The position numbers and the translations under genes were made by a program. From Paraspadella gotoi (lineage: Eukaryota; Animalia; Chaetognatha), in contig JBJCIZ010000223.1 in NCBI GenBank assembly GCA_051294375.1, forward strand, positions 1 to 22,560: a stretch of DNA of 22,560 bases. The letters run 5' to 3'. This document shows positions 19,686 through 22,560 of this stretch, one piece after another. The notes under the pieces were generated by a model. That model did no database searches, had not been told where the DNA came from, and saw only the letters and a program-made list of their open reading frames with translations. How positions within the stretch are numbered: the first letter of the stretch is position 1; every line of letters begins with the position of its first letter.

Positions 19686-20947
19686 TTGGCTATGGCTAAG
19701 TCACTGGAAGACGTTCTTGAGGATCTGAAAAGAGAAGCTGAACAGGCATCATTAGTTGCTCATCATGCCATTGCAGCTGCAAGGACCGCGCCTAGAGTTG
19801 AGCGCTTAAGGTCAATACAGAGTGCCAAGGATGCTTTCTTAAGATTTTGTGACAAAGTGACAAACGTTCCGCCAAGAGGGTGGAAAGACTCGTACCATAG
19901 AGATTAAGATCAAGAGAGCCTTAAGTAGGTTAGGCTCTACTCGTGAACAATACAAAGCCAGTCTTGATGCTATTGGAAAAACTCCTCCTTCTTCACCCAA
20001 TCTAGAATCTGTATCAACAGCAGCTACTTTTTCTGCTGATTTGGCTGTGAGTACTATAGCATCAACAACCTTGCCTTCTACTTCAGTGACAGTCGTTTCC
20101 CTTCCGCCGCCTCCTGCTTTGTCTAGGAGAACCTCTACATATGCATCTGCTGGTAGCCATTCTCGTCATTCATCTAAAAGCAGATCTACCGGGAGTTCTA
20201 CTTCTTCTAAGCGTGATCAACGTACAGCAACAAAGGCTGCTATTGAGCTTAAAAAGCAGCAATTAAGGTTTCAGTTCCTTAAGGAACAACATGGTAGAAA
20301 ACAGATAGAAATGGAGGACGAGCAAAAGCGTAAGCAGTTGGAATTTGAAGAGGAACAAAAGAGAAAGCAACAAGAGCTTGATGAAGAACTGAAGGAACAA
20401 GCCTTGGAGCTCAATATGCCCAACTTGATCTGGAAGGTGCTCTGGAGAATGTGCGAACCAGTGAGGAGGGGATTCAAGAGGACCCCATGTCACATCTAAT
20501 GATCGCGTTCAGAGCTTTCTTGAGAAAGTAGGACAACAGCCAGATTGTTCTGGCACAGGCGCACCAGATATTGTCATTGAGCCAGCTACTGGGTCAGCCC
20601 CTTCAGGATCTGTTTTTCAATTTCCTCACTATCCTCTCAGGCTGTGGCGGGCAGTCCTACTGGGCGTCCTCCTCTGCCTCCATCCTCCTACTCTCTACTA
20701 GTCTGCCCATTATACCTCCAACCCATTTGACTCAGCCTTCCATCCTGTTCCCATTTCAACCTTGACTTTACTCAGCCGCCACAATCGCTGCCATTTCTTT
20801 TGCCCAATTGCCCTTTACCAATCCTTATCCTATTATCAGGCTCCACTGACTCTCCTACAACAGCTACAACAGACCATTTCAACAACCCATTTTTTCTCAA
20901 ACTTCTATTCGCCCACCCATCACCATTCCACAGTGCGTTATGGCGAC
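19686..20947 (+). pseudogene. BEL/Pao gag N-terminal region, frameshifted
   Basis: Ser-rich SHSRHSSKSRSTGSSTSS followed by an E/K/Q coiled coil and a Pro/Ser/Gln-rich stretch; continues past the hAT insertion into a capsid-like segment. Confidence 0.7.
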
Positions 20948-20955
20948 ATCAGCAC

Positions 20956-22235
20956 TAATTCCGTAACCGTTAATTTTTTAGGAAATTCACTTACCGTTAA
21001 AACTAACATAACGGTTACACGTTAAGATCGGTTTAATTTTATAATTTAACTTTAAATTTAAAATATTAAGATTTAAAACAAACTAAAGTATTTAATGGTA
21101 TTTTCTCTTAACTCTGGCTCTTGAATGCGCTGATAAAGACTTGAAACAGAGTCGAAACATGTCTGTTGTTTATGTCAAATTATATTGTTGTTGTAACAAA
21201 ACAAATATTTTTGCTAATCTCATAACACAACGAAACGAAAGGATACCATCAAATTCTAATTCTATATTTTGTTTTCTCTTTCTCTCTTTTGCCTTCTCTT
21301 TTTCTTTTCTCTACTTCTTCTCTTCCTCATTTTTTTGTAGTTGTTAGTTTCTTAAACGCTTGTTTTCTGTTGTTAGTCTTTCATAAACTATGACCAATGG
21401 TCATTGACCATAAATATAAATACGACAACAACCGCGACAATGAAAACTGACATTTGACCAAGGTCAAGTTCCTGACCTTAAATCAACCTTACCTTTACTA
21501 CTGTTACTTTAACTATTTTAATTTATTGATAGACTAGTTGATTTATCGATTGATCAAAATATTTATTGATGAATAAAAATAATTTCAGTTTTAATTAAAA
21601 AGTATATCATCATTATTCTTTTTATATGTCTTTTTAAGATTCATTCCTTCTATTATTAATTTTTAAATTTTTAAAATAATTTTTTTTTTTGGTTTTTTAT
21701 TTAATTTTTTTTATTCATTTGGTTTTATTTCATTTGCTTCTTTGATCGTTTTAAAGAAGGAAAGAAAAAGAGAGAAAAAGTAAAATAAGAGGGATTATTT
21801 ATTTTTAGCAAAATTGAATATATATTATTGCATGAAATGGCAAAAAATGGAAAAAGGTAAAATCAAAGGGCGAAAAAAGGAGAAAAAAGAAAGGGGGAAA
21901 GAAAAAGGGGAAGTGAGAAAGAAAAAGAAAGGAACAGGAGGAGATAAATAAAGGGGAGAGAGAGATTAGGAAAGAAAAAAATAAAAAATAACAAAAGAAA
22001 AAAGTGGAGAAGAGAGAGACGGGTAAAAATATGGTAAGAAGGGGAGAGGAGAATAAGAGAAAACAGGAAAAAAATATATTTTTTTTTAAATTTAAAGATT
22101 TCATACCAAAAAATGAAAAAAATCACATTTGAAAATTAACCGAATTTAACCGTTAAAATAAATATATTAACGGTTAAGTTAAAAATTTTTTTAACCGTTA
22201 ATAACCGTTAACAGTTAACGGTTATCGGAACACTA
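20956..22235. mobile_element. Non-autonomous hAT-type DNA transposon (1280 bp) inserted in the BEL gag
   Basis: 8-bp TSD ATCAGCAC (20948-20955 and 22236-22243); imperfect TIR TA(GTG/A)TTCCG(A)TAACCGTTAA; subterminal TAACCGTTA/TAACGGTTA repeats; low-complexity interior. Confidence 0.88.
21128..21166 (+). ncRNA. Penelope-type minimal hammerhead, G8-to-A variant (probably inactive)
   Basis: CTGATAA-A-GACTTG-aaa-CAGAGTC-GAAA-CATG-TC; closely related to the motif at 2434-2477. Confidence 0.7.
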
Positions 22236-22243
22236 ATCAGCAC

Positions 22244-22523
22244 TCAACCCTGCAGCAGCTTCATGGTTTCCGACTTGCATCACAGCATTAGGCACTGGAG
22301 CCTCACAACTCCACAGATGCACACTGAATCGGTTATCGCTGTTCAGAACCGAGTGGCTTCGCTTCGTCCAAAACGCAAATTTAAGGGTGATAGGTTTCTC
22401 ACTCAGTTTGCGACTAAGGTTGAGAGTTCTTGCTTGACCTCTCAGGAGAAGTTTAGGGAATTGTTGGAGTGGGTAGAGGTTAAGGCCTATGATTTGATTC
22501 AGAGATTTGAATATGAGCAGTAA
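22244..22523 (+). pseudogene. BEL/Pao gag capsid-like (DUF1759-like) fragment
   Basis: KFKGDRFLTQFATKVESSCLTSQEKFRELLEWVEVKAYDLI fits F-x-GD..F...F...V...K...L...A..LI. Confidence 0.7.
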
Positions 22524-22560
22524 AAGTGAGGAATGAACAATATTATATTAATGAACATTT

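Noticed and set aside
21805-22126. Phe/Leu-rich minus-strand ORFs (also 9893-10183 and 18327-18563)
   Set aside because: Translations of A/G-rich low-complexity or microsatellite DNA.

Overview
AT-rich eukaryotic (probably invertebrate animal) genomic DNA with an assembly gap at 211-663 and many homopolymer indels. No host gene is recognisable; the identifiable content is mobile DNA. It holds an intact, very young CsRn1-clade Ty3/Gypsy LTR retrotransposon (12059-18037) with a -1 frameshift signal, decayed Penelope-like, Gypsy and BEL/Pao fragments, a hAT-type non-autonomous transposon and two Penelope-type minimal hammerhead motifs. The main finding is two unrelated small non-coding repeat families that carry the same variant type-P5 twister ribozyme fold, supported by three compensatory base-pair changes between them. 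Family A is a ~325-bp tandem array (7856-8647). Family B is a miniature LTR element (LTR-PBS-internal-PPT tandem at 10848-11921, plus a solo LTR at 18882-19117) whose LTR joins a tRNA-derived Pol III-type head to the twister. Family B lies 137 bp from the Gypsy element, which has a similar PBS and PPT. Together these suggest a twister-based retrozyme (circular RNA) system beside a candidate autonomous helper. All RNA structures were read by eye; activity and novelty are untested.
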